Shown here piece after piece: positions 8,866 through 19,156 of a DNA stretch of 64,000 nucleotides. The stretch comes from Polyangiaceae bacterium (GTDB taxonomy: Bacteria > Myxococcota_A > Polyangia > Polyangiales > Polyangiaceae). Below the pieces are notes generated by a model. It was not told the DNA's origin. It saw nothing but the letters and a program-made list of their open reading frames with translations, and did not search any database. The DNA lies in NCBI GenBank assembly GCA_033763455.1, contig JANRKO010000073.1, positions 64,001 to 128,000 on the forward strand, written 5' to 3'. Each line of letters starts with the position of its first letter. Positions within the stretch are counted from its first letter, which is position 1. The position numbers and the translations under genes are program-made.

Positions 8866-10332
8866 ATGACTTCCCTACCCCCTCCCGGCAATCGTTCTCG
8901 TCACAACCTGATAGTGCTTTCGGACGTGCACCTCGGAAGCGATTTGGTGCAGCACTCCCGCCCAGACGCGCCATTGCGCGGGAAAAATAGCCTCCTCCGC
9001 GATCGTGATTTTGTACGCCTCCTCAAGTGGTATCGCCGCAACCGGCGCAGCAGCTTGCCGTGGCGTTTGATCATCGCGGGTGATTTCGTCGACTTTATCG
9101 GAATGAGTGTGCCAGCGGCGCGGCGGCGTCGGCTCCGCACCAAGCTCACGACCGAAGAATTTGAACATGGCCTCGGCAACGCCGAAGATCACGCCCGCGC
9201 AAAGCTTAAGCTTGTTGCCGAACACCATCGTGGAGTCTTCCGCGCCTTGGCGAAGTTTGTTTCAGACGGCAACAGCCTCGTCGTCCTTCGAGGCAACCAC
9301 GACGTGGATTTGCATTGGGACGCAGTGCAGCGAGATTTCTTAGCGCACCTTCAGAAGTTCGCACGCATCAGCCGTGATCAGGTCGAGTTTGCTCCCTGGT
9401 TCTACTATGAGCGAGATGTTGTGTATGTGGAGCACGGGCACCAGTACGACCATTTTTGCTCGCAAGAGCACCTACTTTTCCCCGTAAATCCCCGCGATAG
9501 ACGGCGCCTTTCCCAATCCGTTACGGACGTACTGCTCCGCTACATCGTGCGCCCCACCCAGGGCATGACAGAGGCAGGCCACGACAGAGCTACCTTCGCA
9601 GACTACCTGCGATTCGCCGCACGGCTTGGAGTCATCGGGGGAGCGCGCCTTGCTCGACGTTTCGCAAGCGCTGTGTTTGAAATGATGCGCATCTACAAAG
9701 ACCAATTCACCGACGCCTTCGCTTGGGTGAAGCGCGAACACGAACGCAAGCTTCGGCTCTTATCAGAAGCCAAAAGCATCAGCCTTGCGCGCTTGCGCGC
9801 CCTAGGAAAGCTACAAAAGCCCCCCGTAACTCGCAGCCTTTTGGCGCTCTTGGCCAGTGTCATGCTCGATCGTGTGGCCGTGGGGGCCGCTAGTCTGCTG
9901 TCTGTCCTCTTTGTCTCCGCCTACACAGATTCCTGGCAAATGGCTGCAACTCTTTCGGGCGTCATCTTGGCGTGCATGCTGGTGGCCGGCGCCGCGTGGC
10001 ACAAGGTGCGAGGGCCACTCGATGCCAGCGCGGATCTTAGAAGCCGTGCCCCACTCGTGCTTCAGCTCTTTCCAGCTGCCTTTGTGGTCATGGGGCATAC
10101 TCACGTCCCCGAAGTTTCGCGGGCTGCGCCCAACCAAACCTACATAAACCTGGGCGCCTGGGCCGAAGAAGATGCCGCGCCTGGCGCCCCAAGCGCCTTG
10201 CCCGCCACCCGAACGCACCTGGTCCTTGAGTTCCAGGGGGAACACCCCGTGGGGGAGCTCCTTCGCTGGCAGGGTCACCGCCCCGAGGCGTTCGCGTCAG
10301 AGGCTCCCAAGCCTGGTACCGTTTCGACGTGA
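8866..10332 (+). CDS. Calcineurin-like metallophosphoesterase with internal membrane hairpin
   Basis: Motifs SDVHLG, GDFVD, GNHD, EHGH, GHTH; two hydrophobic helices lie before the last motif. Confidence 0.85.
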   Translation: MTSLPPPGNRSRHNLIVLSDVHLGSDLVQHSRPDAPLRGKNSLLRDRDFVRLLKWYRRNRRSSLPWRLIIAGDFVDFIGMSVPAARRRRLRTKLTTEEFEHGLGNAEDHARAKLKLVAEHHRGVFRALAKFVSDGNSLVVLRGNHDVDLHWDAVQRDFLAHLQKFARISRDQVEFAPWFYYERDVVYVEHGHQYDHFCSQEHLLFPVNPRDRRRLSQSVTDVLLRYIVRPTQGMTEAGHDRATFADYLRFAARLGVIGGARLARRFASAVFEMMRIYKDQFTDAFAWVKREHERKLRLLSEAKSISLARLRALGKLQKPPVTRSLLALLASVMLDRVAVGAASLLSVLFVSAYTDSWQMAATLSGVILACMLVAGAAWHKVRGPLDASADLRSRAPLVLQLFPAAFVVMGHTHVPEVSRAAPNQTYINLGAWAEEDAAPGAPSALPATRTHLVLEFQGEHPVGELLRWQGHRPEAFASEAPKPGTVST

Positions 10333-10358
10333 GGGAGAGCCTGTTCAAACAAGCGCAA

Positions 10359-10580
10359 CTAGAACAAGCGCGACAGCAACCGCAGCCCGATGAGCAGCAC
10401 CATGGGCGAGAAATCAAGCCCGCCGCCGCTCGGTAGCACCTTCCGAATGGGTGCAAGAACCGGCTCCGTCAGCTTGTGGAGCAGCTGCACCGCAGGGTTC
10501 GCGGGCGAGACCCGAATCCAGCTGACGACGACGGCCGCAAATACGACCGCAGAGTACAAATCGATCAAGGTTCGGATCAT
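10359..10580 (-). CDS. yggT: YggT family membrane protein
   Basis: SWI..PANPAVQLLHKLTEPVLAPIRKVLP..GLDFSPMV. Confidence 0.9.
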   Translation of the reverse strand: MIRTLIDLYSAVVFAAVVVSWIRVSPANPAVQLLHKLTEPVLAPIRKVLPSGGGLDFSPMVLLIGLRLLSRLF

Positions 10581-10670
10581 GCTCGTTGCCTTCTAACTTG
10601 CGACCCCAAGCCGCCTACGTCAAGGCAAACACTCGAGCGAGCTGCGGACGCACCGCTGCGTAACTTCAGC

Positions 10671-11744
10671 CTAGTGAGAAACGACGTAAAAGAAGTCACG
10701 ATCAGATGGCAGGCGCACGTAAGTGGATTTTCCGTGCACCATTTCCTCCCGCAGAGCGGACCCGATTGCCAACACACCGGCTTCTTTGTCACGAAAAAAT
10801 AGCCACTTCGTCCATGCCCAGTTGATGTCGAGCTCGGCCGCACTGAAAGCTCCCACCGCCTTTAGCGCCCGGGCCAAATGCAAAGGGTCGGCTTCGACGC
10901 CCACCGCGTAAAACAGCACATTGTTGGAAGCATCCAGACCAACGGCCGATCGCCTGCGCGTCACTATCTCTGGGTTATGGCCAGCCCACGGTTTGAATTT
11001 TCCCTTGAGCAGCAACGGGTGAAGCTCTCCAGCTTCCACCAAACAGGGAGGCGTTTGACGAAAGTAGCGGACGCTTTCTGGCGTCACCGAAAGGCGCGAC
11101 CACGTGCCTAAACGAAAGCTCCCCGGGCTATCAGACACCAGCGTACACGCGTCCTCCCGTGGCTTGCCAACGATGCCCCCGGCCACTCCCATCGCAAAAT
11201 GCCCGTGCTGTTCTTGAAAGCCACCGTTGAAGACCGCCAGCAAGCTCGCTTGGTCGGCGCTCGGCACGAGCCCTACGGGCACTTCTGGCCCGACCTTTTT
11301 CCCCTCTACGTCTTTGGTGCCAAGTACAAACCGAATATCGGTCGCATTCAAGTTCACGGCGACAATGTCCACGGAAACGAAATCGGCCGCAGGATGCGGA
11401 TGTAGCACCGTGCGCATCAACACCCCGCTTGCAAAGGCCCTATCCCCAGCTTGACCGGCATTCACCCATTGACCATCGCCAGGCTTGGCCGTGGCAGCAA
11501 AGGGTGGCTCCACCGGTGCGGGCGGAAAGGGTGGAGCCGAGGCGACCGTGGGCACGCTGGAGGGCTCTACTGCTCGTGATGCTCCCAGGCCGGGATCAGT
11601 CTGAGCTTTCACGACGGGTACCTGAACCACAGGTTTCGGAGTTGAAGCCGGGGCACTGGTTTGGCTCACCACCCGTGGCGGCTGAGTGGGAGCTGGGGCG
11701 CAGCCCATTGCCCCGCAAACAAAGGCCAACCAAGCCCTCATCAC
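10671..11744 (-). CDS. Lipoprotein with phosphodiester-glycosidase (NAGPA/DUF2233)-like domain
   Basis: Lipobox-like AMGC, Pro-rich linker, AVFNGGF, RRSAVG, ALKAVGAFSAAELD. Confidence 0.65.
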   Translation of the reverse strand: MMRAWLAFVCGAMGCAPAPTQPPRVVSQTSAPASTPKPVVQVPVVKAQTDPGLGASRAVEPSSVPTVASAPPFPPAPVEPPFAATAKPGDGQWVNAGQAGDRAFASGVLMRTVLHPHPAADFVSVDIVAVNLNATDIRFVLGTKDVEGKKVGPEVPVGLVPSADQASLLAVFNGGFQEQHGHFAMGVAGGIVGKPREDACTLVSDSPGSFRLGTWSRLSVTPESVRYFRQTPPCLVEAGELHPLLLKGKFKPWAGHNPEIVTRRRSAVGLDASNNVLFYAVGVEADPLHLARALKAVGAFSAAELDINWAWTKWLFFRDKEAGVLAIGSALREEMVHGKSTYVRLPSDRDFFYVVSH

Positions 11745-12343
11745 TCGCGCACCAGTTCGTTCACCACCTGCTCGAGTTCCGTCAGGCCGTGCACGATCTT
11801 CTTAATGAACGAGGAATTGTGCCCAACGCGGGTGAAGCGGGGATGCCGGGACCACAGCTTCTGCAACTTGCCGTCGAGCTCCACCGCGGCCTTCGCGTCC
11901 TCGATACGCACGGGGTTACCACCCTCAATTGAAATCCCACCCACTGCGGCACTCTCGAAGAATATAACGGCATCGTAGCGAGAGAGCTCACTCTCCAGCG
12001 ATGTCCCAGCCTGCTCAAAGAACTCCTCAGGGGGTCCCGGCCAATACGCAGCGCCATCGATAGTCCCACGGTCGCAAAGCAGGATCCGGTTCGGGTAGCG
12101 AGCAAACTGTACCTCTTCGAGGTTCCGCTGCACATGGTAGATCGCAAGTTGCGCGGCCCGTCGAGCAGGCTCTTCAGCGCCGCGCGGAAAGCCCCCAGAA
12201 AACAGCATGGTGGCCGCCTCAGGCACAATCACCACGCGCTCCCCAAGTTCTCGGCGGAAAAGATCGGCAGCAGTCGTTTTTCCCCCACCGGGGCCGCCAC
12301 TTAACACAACGCGGCAGCGCGATTTGATCAGATCAGGGACCAC
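11741..12343 (-). CDS. NadR/Ttd14-type P-loop ATPase/kinase (AAA_28-like)
   Basis: Walker A GGPGGGKTT, VPEAA, LLCDRG; overlaps the start of the next gene. Confidence 0.8.
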   Translation of the reverse strand: MVPDLIKSRCRVVLSGGPGGGKTTAADLFRRELGERVVIVPEAATMLFSGGFPRGAEEPARRAAQLAIYHVQRNLEEVQFARYPNRILLCDRGTIDGAAYWPGPPEEFFEQAGTSLESELSRYDAVIFFESAAVGGISIEGGNPVRIEDAKAAVELDGKLQKLWSRHPRFTRVGHNSSFIKKIVHGLTELEQVVNELVRE

Positions 12344-12511
12344 AGGCCGGGCTCCTATATCCTAGAACCGCGCCGAGCGGCACCCCCGCCTGACTGTAAG
12401 TTTGCAGCACGAGAAACTCGCGGTCGTTTTCCCGGAACAGGTTCGAGAACGGGCCGATCGCGGCCGATATTTGGGAAAAATTCCTAACCAAGTGTGCTAC
12501 GTTCCCGCCCC

Positions 12512-13879
12512 ATGTCTGAAAGTGCGCGTCCACTGCGAGTGGCGATTGTGGGTTCGGGGCCGGCCGGTTTCTATGCGGCTGAGGCCCTCTTGAAGAACAG
12601 ATCCGTACCCGTGGAGGTGGATATGTTCGAACTGCTGATCGCGCCATTCGGCCTCGTGCGTTCCGGCGTGGCGCCAGATCATCAGAAGATCAAACGTGCC
12701 GTCAAAGCCTTCGAGCGCACGGCTCAAGATCCACTTTTTCGATTCCTTGGCAACGTGCACGTAGGCGTGGACATCTCGGTAGGAGAGCTCTTGGAACATT
12801 ATGATCAGGTGCTTCTCTCGCAGGGAAGCTCCAGCGATAGAAAGCTCGGCGTCCCCGGTGAAGCCCTCAGCGGTAGCCACGCGGCCACATCGTTCGTCGG
12901 GTGGTACAACGGGCACCCGAGCTTCGTGAACGAGCAGTTTGACCTCAGTTGCAAGCGTGCCGTGGTTGTCGGCATGGGCAACGTCGCGATGGATGTTGCA
13001 CGCCTTTTGGTGCGAAAAAGCTCAGAGCTCGCGGAAACGGACATCGCTCAGCACGCGCAAGCAGCGTTAGCTGCTAGTTCTATCCAGGAGGTCGTCTTGT
13101 TAGGGCGCCGAGGCCCGACAGAGGCAGCTTTTGATCTAGGGGAATTGCAAGACATGGCCGCGCTAGACGGTGTGGATGTGCGCATCAATCCGGAACAGCT
13201 AGAGCCTGCCCTCGCTCAAGTTGCGCAGCTTTCAGCCACCGATCGCCGCAAGCTCGAGTTCATGGCTGAGCTCGCCGAGCGCGCCCCCAAGCCGGGGAAA
13301 ACGGTGCGCTTGGAGTTCTTAGCTTCGCCCCTTGAGTTCCTTGGCACCTCGAGGGTGGAACGGGTCAAGGTTGAGCGAAACCGCCTGGTGGAAAAGGATG
13401 GTCAACAGAGCGCTCAAGGCACGGGGTTATACTTCGAGTTTGAAGCGGGCTTGGTCTTTCGGTCGATCGGTTATGCGGGCGTGCCACTGCCCGGCGTACC
13501 GTTCGATGAAAAACGAGGAACCATTCCTAATCGCGAAGGTCGAGTGGTTTCTTCTACGGGAGAGTTGGTTGATTCCTTGTACGTAGCCGGGTGGATCAAG
13601 CGCGGCCCGAGCGGAGTTATCGGCACCAACAAGCCGGACTCCGCTCAAACAGCGAGCCACATGTTAGATGACGCAGCGGGGAATACGGAAAGGCGTAGCT
13701 CGACGCGAGCAGCCGTTGATGCCTTGCTCCGTCAACGAGGCCTCACCGTCACCAGCTACGCTGATTGGGAAAAAATCGACCGCCTAGAGCAAGAACGCGG
13801 GCAAAAAGTGGGCAAGATCCGCGAGAAGTTTCTCAGTAATGCAGAGATGTTGGCGGCTCTTGCACAGAGCGAAAGCTGA
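12512..13879 (+). CDS. Ferredoxin/adrenodoxin-NADP+ reductase (FprA-like)
   Basis: GSGPAG, PFGLVRSGVAPDH, GMGNVAMD, GRRGP, GWIKRGPSGVIGTNK; ATG at 12512 preferred over GTG at 12494. Confidence 0.93.
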   Translation: MSESARPLRVAIVGSGPAGFYAAEALLKNRSVPVEVDMFELLIAPFGLVRSGVAPDHQKIKRAVKAFERTAQDPLFRFLGNVHVGVDISVGELLEHYDQVLLSQGSSSDRKLGVPGEALSGSHAATSFVGWYNGHPSFVNEQFDLSCKRAVVVGMGNVAMDVARLLVRKSSELAETDIAQHAQAALAASSIQEVVLLGRRGPTEAAFDLGELQDMAALDGVDVRINPEQLEPALAQVAQLSATDRRKLEFMAELAERAPKPGKTVRLEFLASPLEFLGTSRVERVKVERNRLVEKDGQQSAQGTGLYFEFEAGLVFRSIGYAGVPLPGVPFDEKRGTIPNREGRVVSSTGELVDSLYVAGWIKRGPSGVIGTNKPDSAQTASHMLDDAAGNTERRSSTRAAVDALLRQRGLTVTSYADWEKIDRLEQERGQKVGKIREKFLSNAEMLAALAQSES

Positions 13880-13929
13880 CCGTCGCCCATCGGCAGAGAG
13901 CGCATGCGTGCGGGAGTGTACGCTCGGCA

Positions 13930-15189
13930 CTAAGCGAAAAGCCTTAATCCTGGGGTTGGGCTGAAGTTCGGGTTGGGAAACACTGCCGCTAAGCTCGGGG
14001 CCTTGAGGTGTCGGTTGAGGACCTGGCCGAGGACGTCGCGGAAGTCGGTCGTCACCGCAAGGTCACGCCCCTCATGGAGGTCGGCTTCGTTGAGGCCTGG
14101 CCATTTGCCGTGAACGCGCCCACCGCGCACGCCCCCGCCCATCAGCAACATGACGCCGCCATGGCCGTGATCCGTTCCGCCTGTGCCATTTTGCCGGACG
14201 GTGCGGCCAAACTCACTCATGGTGACCACTACTGTGTCCTTCATACGCGAACCCATGTCGCGGTGAAATGCGGCTAGAGAGTCCCCCAAGTCCTTCAAGC
14301 GATTCGCCAACTGACCTTCGCCTGCTCCTTGGTTTGCGTGCGTGTCCCAACCACCGACGTCGACCCAAGCAAACTCCACACCGAGATCGGCCTTTAGGAG
14401 GCGTGCCACACTCATAAGCGCTCGACCCGAGCGAGGGTACTCGGCACCGTTTTCTGGGACGTACCTTCCACTCGTTTTTTGCCGCACCAGTTCAACGGTG
14501 TCGAGGGCTGAAAGGCCCGCCATGCCCGGCTCATCTTTGCCAGATTCGTACATTTTTCGAAACCCGGACTGCAAGCGCTCACGAAATCTCTCTGGGGCGC
14601 GCAAGCCAAAGTGCTCAACACTGTCTATCGCGATTGCCGGGGCGCTTCCGTAGAGCGCCCGAGGCAACGTTTGCCCCAGACTTACCGCACGAAGCAAGCT
14701 CACCTCTCCCACGGAGGTTGCCTGCATGTAACGATTGAGCCAACCATCGCGAGTGCCGGAATCAAGTGGCGTGCCGCTTTCCATGTTATCTTGGGCTTCA
14801 AAATGGGAGCGCGTTAGGCTCGGAGAACCCGTGGCATGCACACAGGCTAACTGCCCGTTTTGATACAGCGAAAGAAGCCCAGAAAGGCCTGGGTTTAGCC
14901 CGAAGCGAGCATCCAGCCGTAAGGCGCTGCCCGTTCCTTTGCCCGGAGGCGGCACAGCGATCTCCTTGCGCACGGCGTAATATTCGTCGTCCGCATAGGG
15001 CACTACGACGTTCAAGCCGTCCACACCTCCGCGCATGAAGATGCAAACCAACCTCTTCTTGGGCCCGGCGCCGGCCCTGCCGGCACCCGCCGCGCTCATG
15101 GCACCCGCGGCACCCGCGGCACCCGGGTTTAAAGCGACCCCAACACCCGCCGCAATACTTTGAAGCAATAAGGTTCGTCTAGAAATCAC
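13930..15189 (-). CDS. DUF1501 family protein with Tat signal
   Basis: SRRTLL Tat-like motif; FMRGGVDGLN, RSHFEAQ, GGWDTH, SEFGRT, GTDHG. Confidence 0.9.
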   Translation of the reverse strand: MISRRTLLLQSIAAGVGVALNPGAAGAAGAMSAAGAGRAGAGPKKRLVCIFMRGGVDGLNVVVPYADDEYYAVRKEIAVPPPGKGTGSALRLDARFGLNPGLSGLLSLYQNGQLACVHATGSPSLTRSHFEAQDNMESGTPLDSGTRDGWLNRYMQATSVGEVSLLRAVSLGQTLPRALYGSAPAIAIDSVEHFGLRAPERFRERLQSGFRKMYESGKDEPGMAGLSALDTVELVRQKTSGRYVPENGAEYPRSGRALMSVARLLKADLGVEFAWVDVGGWDTHANQGAGEGQLANRLKDLGDSLAAFHRDMGSRMKDTVVVTMSEFGRTVRQNGTGGTDHGHGGVMLLMGGGVRGGRVHGKWPGLNEADLHEGRDLAVTTDFRDVLGQVLNRHLKAPSLAAVFPNPNFSPTPGLRLFA

Positions 15190-15203
15190 GAGGGGCTCCT
15201 CAT

Positions 15204-16859
15204 TTACTGCCGCTGAAAATCAGGGCTACCCAGAGCTAAGGCAACGGCCACTTGGCGTCGCTCGCGAGGGTTCTCGCTCTCTCTTGCTTTTTCCAAGATC
15301 GCCGAGAGCGTCTCCGGGCGACCGCTACCTGAAAGGACGACTCGATTCACATCCGCAACCAGCGCCTCGGGATCCACTCGCGGAAACAACCGTTCAAGAT
15401 CCACACTCACGCCAGCTATCGTGCCCGAAGCCAATTGAATCGCAAAATTCATACGCCCCAACGCACCCCCAGCACTCGCCCACTGTTTCGCGGCCTCGGG
15501 ATAACCTGTTGGCACCGCCTGCAGAAGCAGCGGCTCACCCAACTGCTCAAGCATCTTAGCCAACCTGCGTGCATCACCTTCTATCTTGCCGTCCAACACG
15601 CGAATCGCGCTAACCATGAATTCGAGCGGCGACTTCATCTTATTGAGCTGGAATGGTTCGGCGGAAAAATCACCCGATTGTACGATGGCGCCGAGCATGT
15701 GCCGGATATCCCCTTGGCTCTTTAGAAACGCATCTGCTCCGCTGTGAACGCAGCTATCTGGCGGGATATCCGCAACCAAACGCGCGCATAGCTTTTTTGC
15801 CAGATGCTTGCCCGTTCGCGGATCTGTTGCCAATCGCCTGAGGAGTAGCAACCCTTCGTCCAGGCCACCGCCCGCGGGATACACTTCACCGAGCACCAAC
15901 TTCTCTCCTCGATCGTGGGCGCGCTCCTTGAACTTGAAGATGGGGCCATCGGTGCCAGAGCGTTCGACGCTCCAGCCCGTTAGGATGCGAGCCACACCGA
16001 TAACATCCTCTTGGGTGTACCCGCCATCTACGCCGAGCGTATGGAGCTCCAAGAGCTCGCGGGCATAATTCTCTGTGATGCCACCGCGCTTCACCTTCTT
16101 GCCTACTTTCATCTTTCCCGGAGCAGTGCTTTCAGCGTTATCCAGGTACACCAACATTGCTGGATGTTGCGCCGTAGCGAGCAAGAGATCTTGAAATTTT
16201 CCCAAAGCATGCGGGCGAATCGCTCGCTCCACGTAGTCAGCTGCCAGAAGCTTTACCAACCCCTTTCTCGCATACACGTTGAAATGGTTGGACCAAAAAT
16301 CCACCATCACCTCGAACAACTGTCGGCGGCTTTCCGTTTGTCGGACGATGGCACTCATTTGTGCGAATGAAAGCAGCCGCCCAAAATCCATCATCTTGTT
16401 GAGGTTCTTTTCATTCCCGGGCTCACCGCCCGCCTCACCCATCATCGACGCTTTCGTAAACTTACCCAGCAACTCCCCGGGTGCTGCTAGTGCATCTTGA
16501 AAGGGCTCTAACGCGAGCTGACCACGCGTGTCGTCCATCTGCTCAGGGTATCGCTGTTCATCTAACCAGGCCGCGAGCCCCGAGTGTGCCAACGCCTCCG
16601 CCTCACCAGGCCGAGCCCCAAACGTCAGCCGATGGAGCACCTGGCGAGCTTCCGCCTCGGAAAGCTTCCGTGCCTTCGGTGTGGTGATGGAGGCCTTAGC
16701 CGCAGCAGGAACCGCTGCATGGCTGGGAGGCGCCTTCGCGCCTTCTTTGGAGATCAGAGCCGCGCGCGGCTCTTTCCCCACCGCCGGTGCACACCCGAAG
16801 CCAACAAGCGCAGCGCCGATAAGTACTGGCACCAGAACGTCCCGAATTGCTCCCATCAC
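15204..16859 (-). CDS. DUF1800 family lipoprotein
   Basis: Lipobox GFGC; LHRLTFG, FWSNHFNV, PAMLVYLDN, ENYARELLELHTLG, ALGSPDFQRQ. Confidence 0.9.
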   Translation of the reverse strand: MMGAIRDVLVPVLIGAALVGFGCAPAVGKEPRAALISKEGAKAPPSHAAVPAAAKASITTPKARKLSEAEARQVLHRLTFGARPGEAEALAHSGLAAWLDEQRYPEQMDDTRGQLALEPFQDALAAPGELLGKFTKASMMGEAGGEPGNEKNLNKMMDFGRLLSFAQMSAIVRQTESRRQLFEVMVDFWSNHFNVYARKGLVKLLAADYVERAIRPHALGKFQDLLLATAQHPAMLVYLDNAESTAPGKMKVGKKVKRGGITENYARELLELHTLGVDGGYTQEDVIGVARILTGWSVERSGTDGPIFKFKERAHDRGEKLVLGEVYPAGGGLDEGLLLLRRLATDPRTGKHLAKKLCARLVADIPPDSCVHSGADAFLKSQGDIRHMLGAIVQSGDFSAEPFQLNKMKSPLEFMVSAIRVLDGKIEGDARRLAKMLEQLGEPLLLQAVPTGYPEAAKQWASAGGALGRMNFAIQLASGTIAGVSVDLERLFPRVDPEALVADVNRVVLSGSGRPETLSAILEKARESENPRERRQVAVALALGSPDFQRQ

Positions 16860-16903
16860 GCCCCTTCATGCCACGCCCTTACGGAGCGTTAAAGGCCCGG
16901 CCC

Positions 16904-19066
16904 CTAGACCCGCGAAACTTCAACTACTCCCTGAACCCTAGAGAGTGCGCGCATAACGTTCTTCAACTGCGCCAAGTCCTGAACCTGGAAGGTAAACGTG
17001 TTCCGCGCTCGTCCTGCATCCTCTGAGCGACAATTCGCCTCGCTGATATTGATGCTCTGTGAGCTGAAAGTCTGGCTTACGGTGGCCAAAATTCCAGGCT
17101 TGTTGGTGGTGATAACTGTCAACTGCACCGGGTGGTTTACCTTGGCGCGAGTGTCCCACACAACCTCGATGCGACGAGTGGGATCAGTATCAAAAGCCTT
17201 AATGCACTCGCGGCGATGTACGGTTACTCCGCGCCCACGTGTGATGAACCCAACAATTGGATCGCCCGGTAGCGGCGTACAACACTTTCCGTAACGCACG
17301 AGCACATCGTCCAAGCCGGCTACGCGAATCGCACCCAGATCGCGCCCCGTGACTTTACGCACCAACTTCTCAAGCGACCCCTGCTTCAGATCCGCCGGAG
17401 GCTGAGATGCGCCCGTGCCTTGATCGTTGCGCAAGGTGGCGACCAGCACCTCGGCCCCCAAACGCCCGTGCCCTACCGCCAGCAGCAGCTCATCGAGCGA
17501 ACCGTAGTGGTGCTGCGACAACAGCCGAGCCACCTTGGATTCCGTCTTGGAGAGCTTTGCGAAGCTCATTCCAGCGGTACGCATTTCAGATTCCAACAAT
17601 TCGCGCCCGAGATTGATGGACTTTTTTCGATCATCCCCCCGCAGATAGGCTCTGATGCGGGCGCGGGCGCGGCTGGTTGCGCAGAAATCCAGCCAATCTT
17701 TGCTGGGATGTTGATTGGCCGAGGTCATCACCTCGATCACGTCCCCATTTTTCAAACTGTGGCGCAGCGGAACGATTTGGCCGTTGGCGCGCGCTCCCGA
17801 ACAATGGTGCCCCACTTCTGAATGGATGCCATAGGCGAAATCCAAAGGCGTTGCACCACGAGGAAACACCCGCACATCGCCTTTGGGCGTGAAGACGTAG
17901 ACCTCATCCGGAAACAGATCGATCTTAATCGTTTCCAAGAACTCCGCGGGATCTTTGAAGTTGTTCTGAAAATCAGCGAGCTCCCTCAGCCAGCTGAAGT
18001 GCTGCGCATCATCCGGGTGTACGCCTCCGGAGAGGCGCTCCTTGTATTGCCAGTGCGCCGCCACCCCGTGCTCGGCCACTCGATGCATTTCATGTGTGCG
18101 GATCTGAATTTCGAGCCGCTGCCCACCTGGCCCCACCACCGTTGTATGCAGCGATTGGTAGCGATTGGGCTTGGGGAGAGCGATGTAATCTTTGAACCGG
18201 CCGGGAATGGGCATCCACTTCGAATGCACGACGCCCAAAGTTGCGTAACAATCCGCGACGCTCTCCACGCAGATGCGAAAAGCAATCAAATCATAAATTT
18301 GCTCAAACTCACATTGATGCTGCCGCATTTTCCGATAAATGGAAAATAGGTGTTTGGCTCGCCCCGAAATCTCAGCGGCGAAGCCCTGCTCAGCCAGCCG
18401 CGAGAGCAGCGTCTTGCTGACGGTATCAATGTAGCGCGTTCGCTCTTTCTGCGTCTTACCCAGGCGCTTGGTAACGTCGCGGTATTCATCGGGATAGAGG
18501 TAGCGAAAGGAGAGATCTTCAAACTCACTCTTAATCCACTGTATGCCTAAGCGGTTAGCTAGAGGAGCATAGATATCGAGTGTCTCCCGAGCGATTCGCT
18601 CCTGCGCGTCTGGCTTCATGTGATCGAGCGTTCGCATGTTGTCCAAGCGGTCGCAAAGCTTGATCAGGAGCACGCGAATGTCGCGCGCCATGGCCAGCAC
18701 CATCTTTCGGAAGCTCTCCGCTTGGCGATCTTCACGGTTGCGAAAGTTGATACGCCCGAGCTTGGTGACGCCGTCTACAATCTCGGCGACCTCTTCGCCA
18801 AACTCCGCTTTTAGCTCTTCAGTGGTTGTTGCCGTGTCTTCGATGACGTCGTGCAGAAGCCCTGCACAGACGCTGGCCGCATCCAAACGCAAATCAGTAA
18901 TGATGGAGGCAACATGCACCGGGTGAATGAAGTACGGGTCCCCGCTTTTTCGCATCTGCGTGCGATGGGAACGCTCCGAGTAGTCGTAGGCCTTGCGGAT
19001 AAGGTCCATATCCGCTTGCGGATGGTATTTACCAACCTTTTGAACCAGCTCGTCGACGGTAAGCAA
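16904..19066 (-). CDS. relA: Bifunctional (p)ppGpp synthetase/hydrolase Rel/SpoT
   Basis: HD hydrolase motif LLHDVIED, DRLDNMRT, synthetase YQSLH and EIQIRT, TGS (DFAYGIH), C-terminal ACT. Confidence 0.96.
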   Translation of the reverse strand: MLTVDELVQKVGKYHPQADMDLIRKAYDYSERSHRTQMRKSGDPYFIHPVHVASIITDLRLDAASVCAGLLHDVIEDTATTTEELKAEFGEEVAEIVDGVTKLGRINFRNREDRQAESFRKMVLAMARDIRVLLIKLCDRLDNMRTLDHMKPDAQERIARETLDIYAPLANRLGIQWIKSEFEDLSFRYLYPDEYRDVTKRLGKTQKERTRYIDTVSKTLLSRLAEQGFAAEISGRAKHLFSIYRKMRQHQCEFEQIYDLIAFRICVESVADCYATLGVVHSKWMPIPGRFKDYIALPKPNRYQSLHTTVVGPGGQRLEIQIRTHEMHRVAEHGVAAHWQYKERLSGGVHPDDAQHFSWLRELADFQNNFKDPAEFLETIKIDLFPDEVYVFTPKGDVRVFPRGATPLDFAYGIHSEVGHHCSGARANGQIVPLRHSLKNGDVIEVMTSANQHPSKDWLDFCATSRARARIRAYLRGDDRKKSINLGRELLESEMRTAGMSFAKLSKTESKVARLLSQHHYGSLDELLLAVGHGRLGAEVLVATLRNDQGTGASQPPADLKQGSLEKLVRKVTGRDLGAIRVAGLDDVLVRYGKCCTPLPGDPIVGFITRGRGVTVHRRECIKAFDTDPTRRIEVVWDTRAKVNHPVQLTVITTNKPGILATVSQTFSSQSINISEANCRSEDAGRARNTFTFQVQDLAQLKNVMRALSRVQGVVEVSRV

Positions 19067-19156
19067 GAAAACTCCCGGTAGTGGGGCTACCAGCTAAGAA
19101 ACTAACACCGACCACCACGTTCGGCAAAGGGGTGAGAGCTCTGCTATAGGCAAACC

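Noticed and set aside
15082..15126. 9-bp tandem repeat GCACCCGCG
   Set aside because: Encodes the Gly/Ala linker after the Tat signal of DUF1501; in frame, no sign of phase variation.
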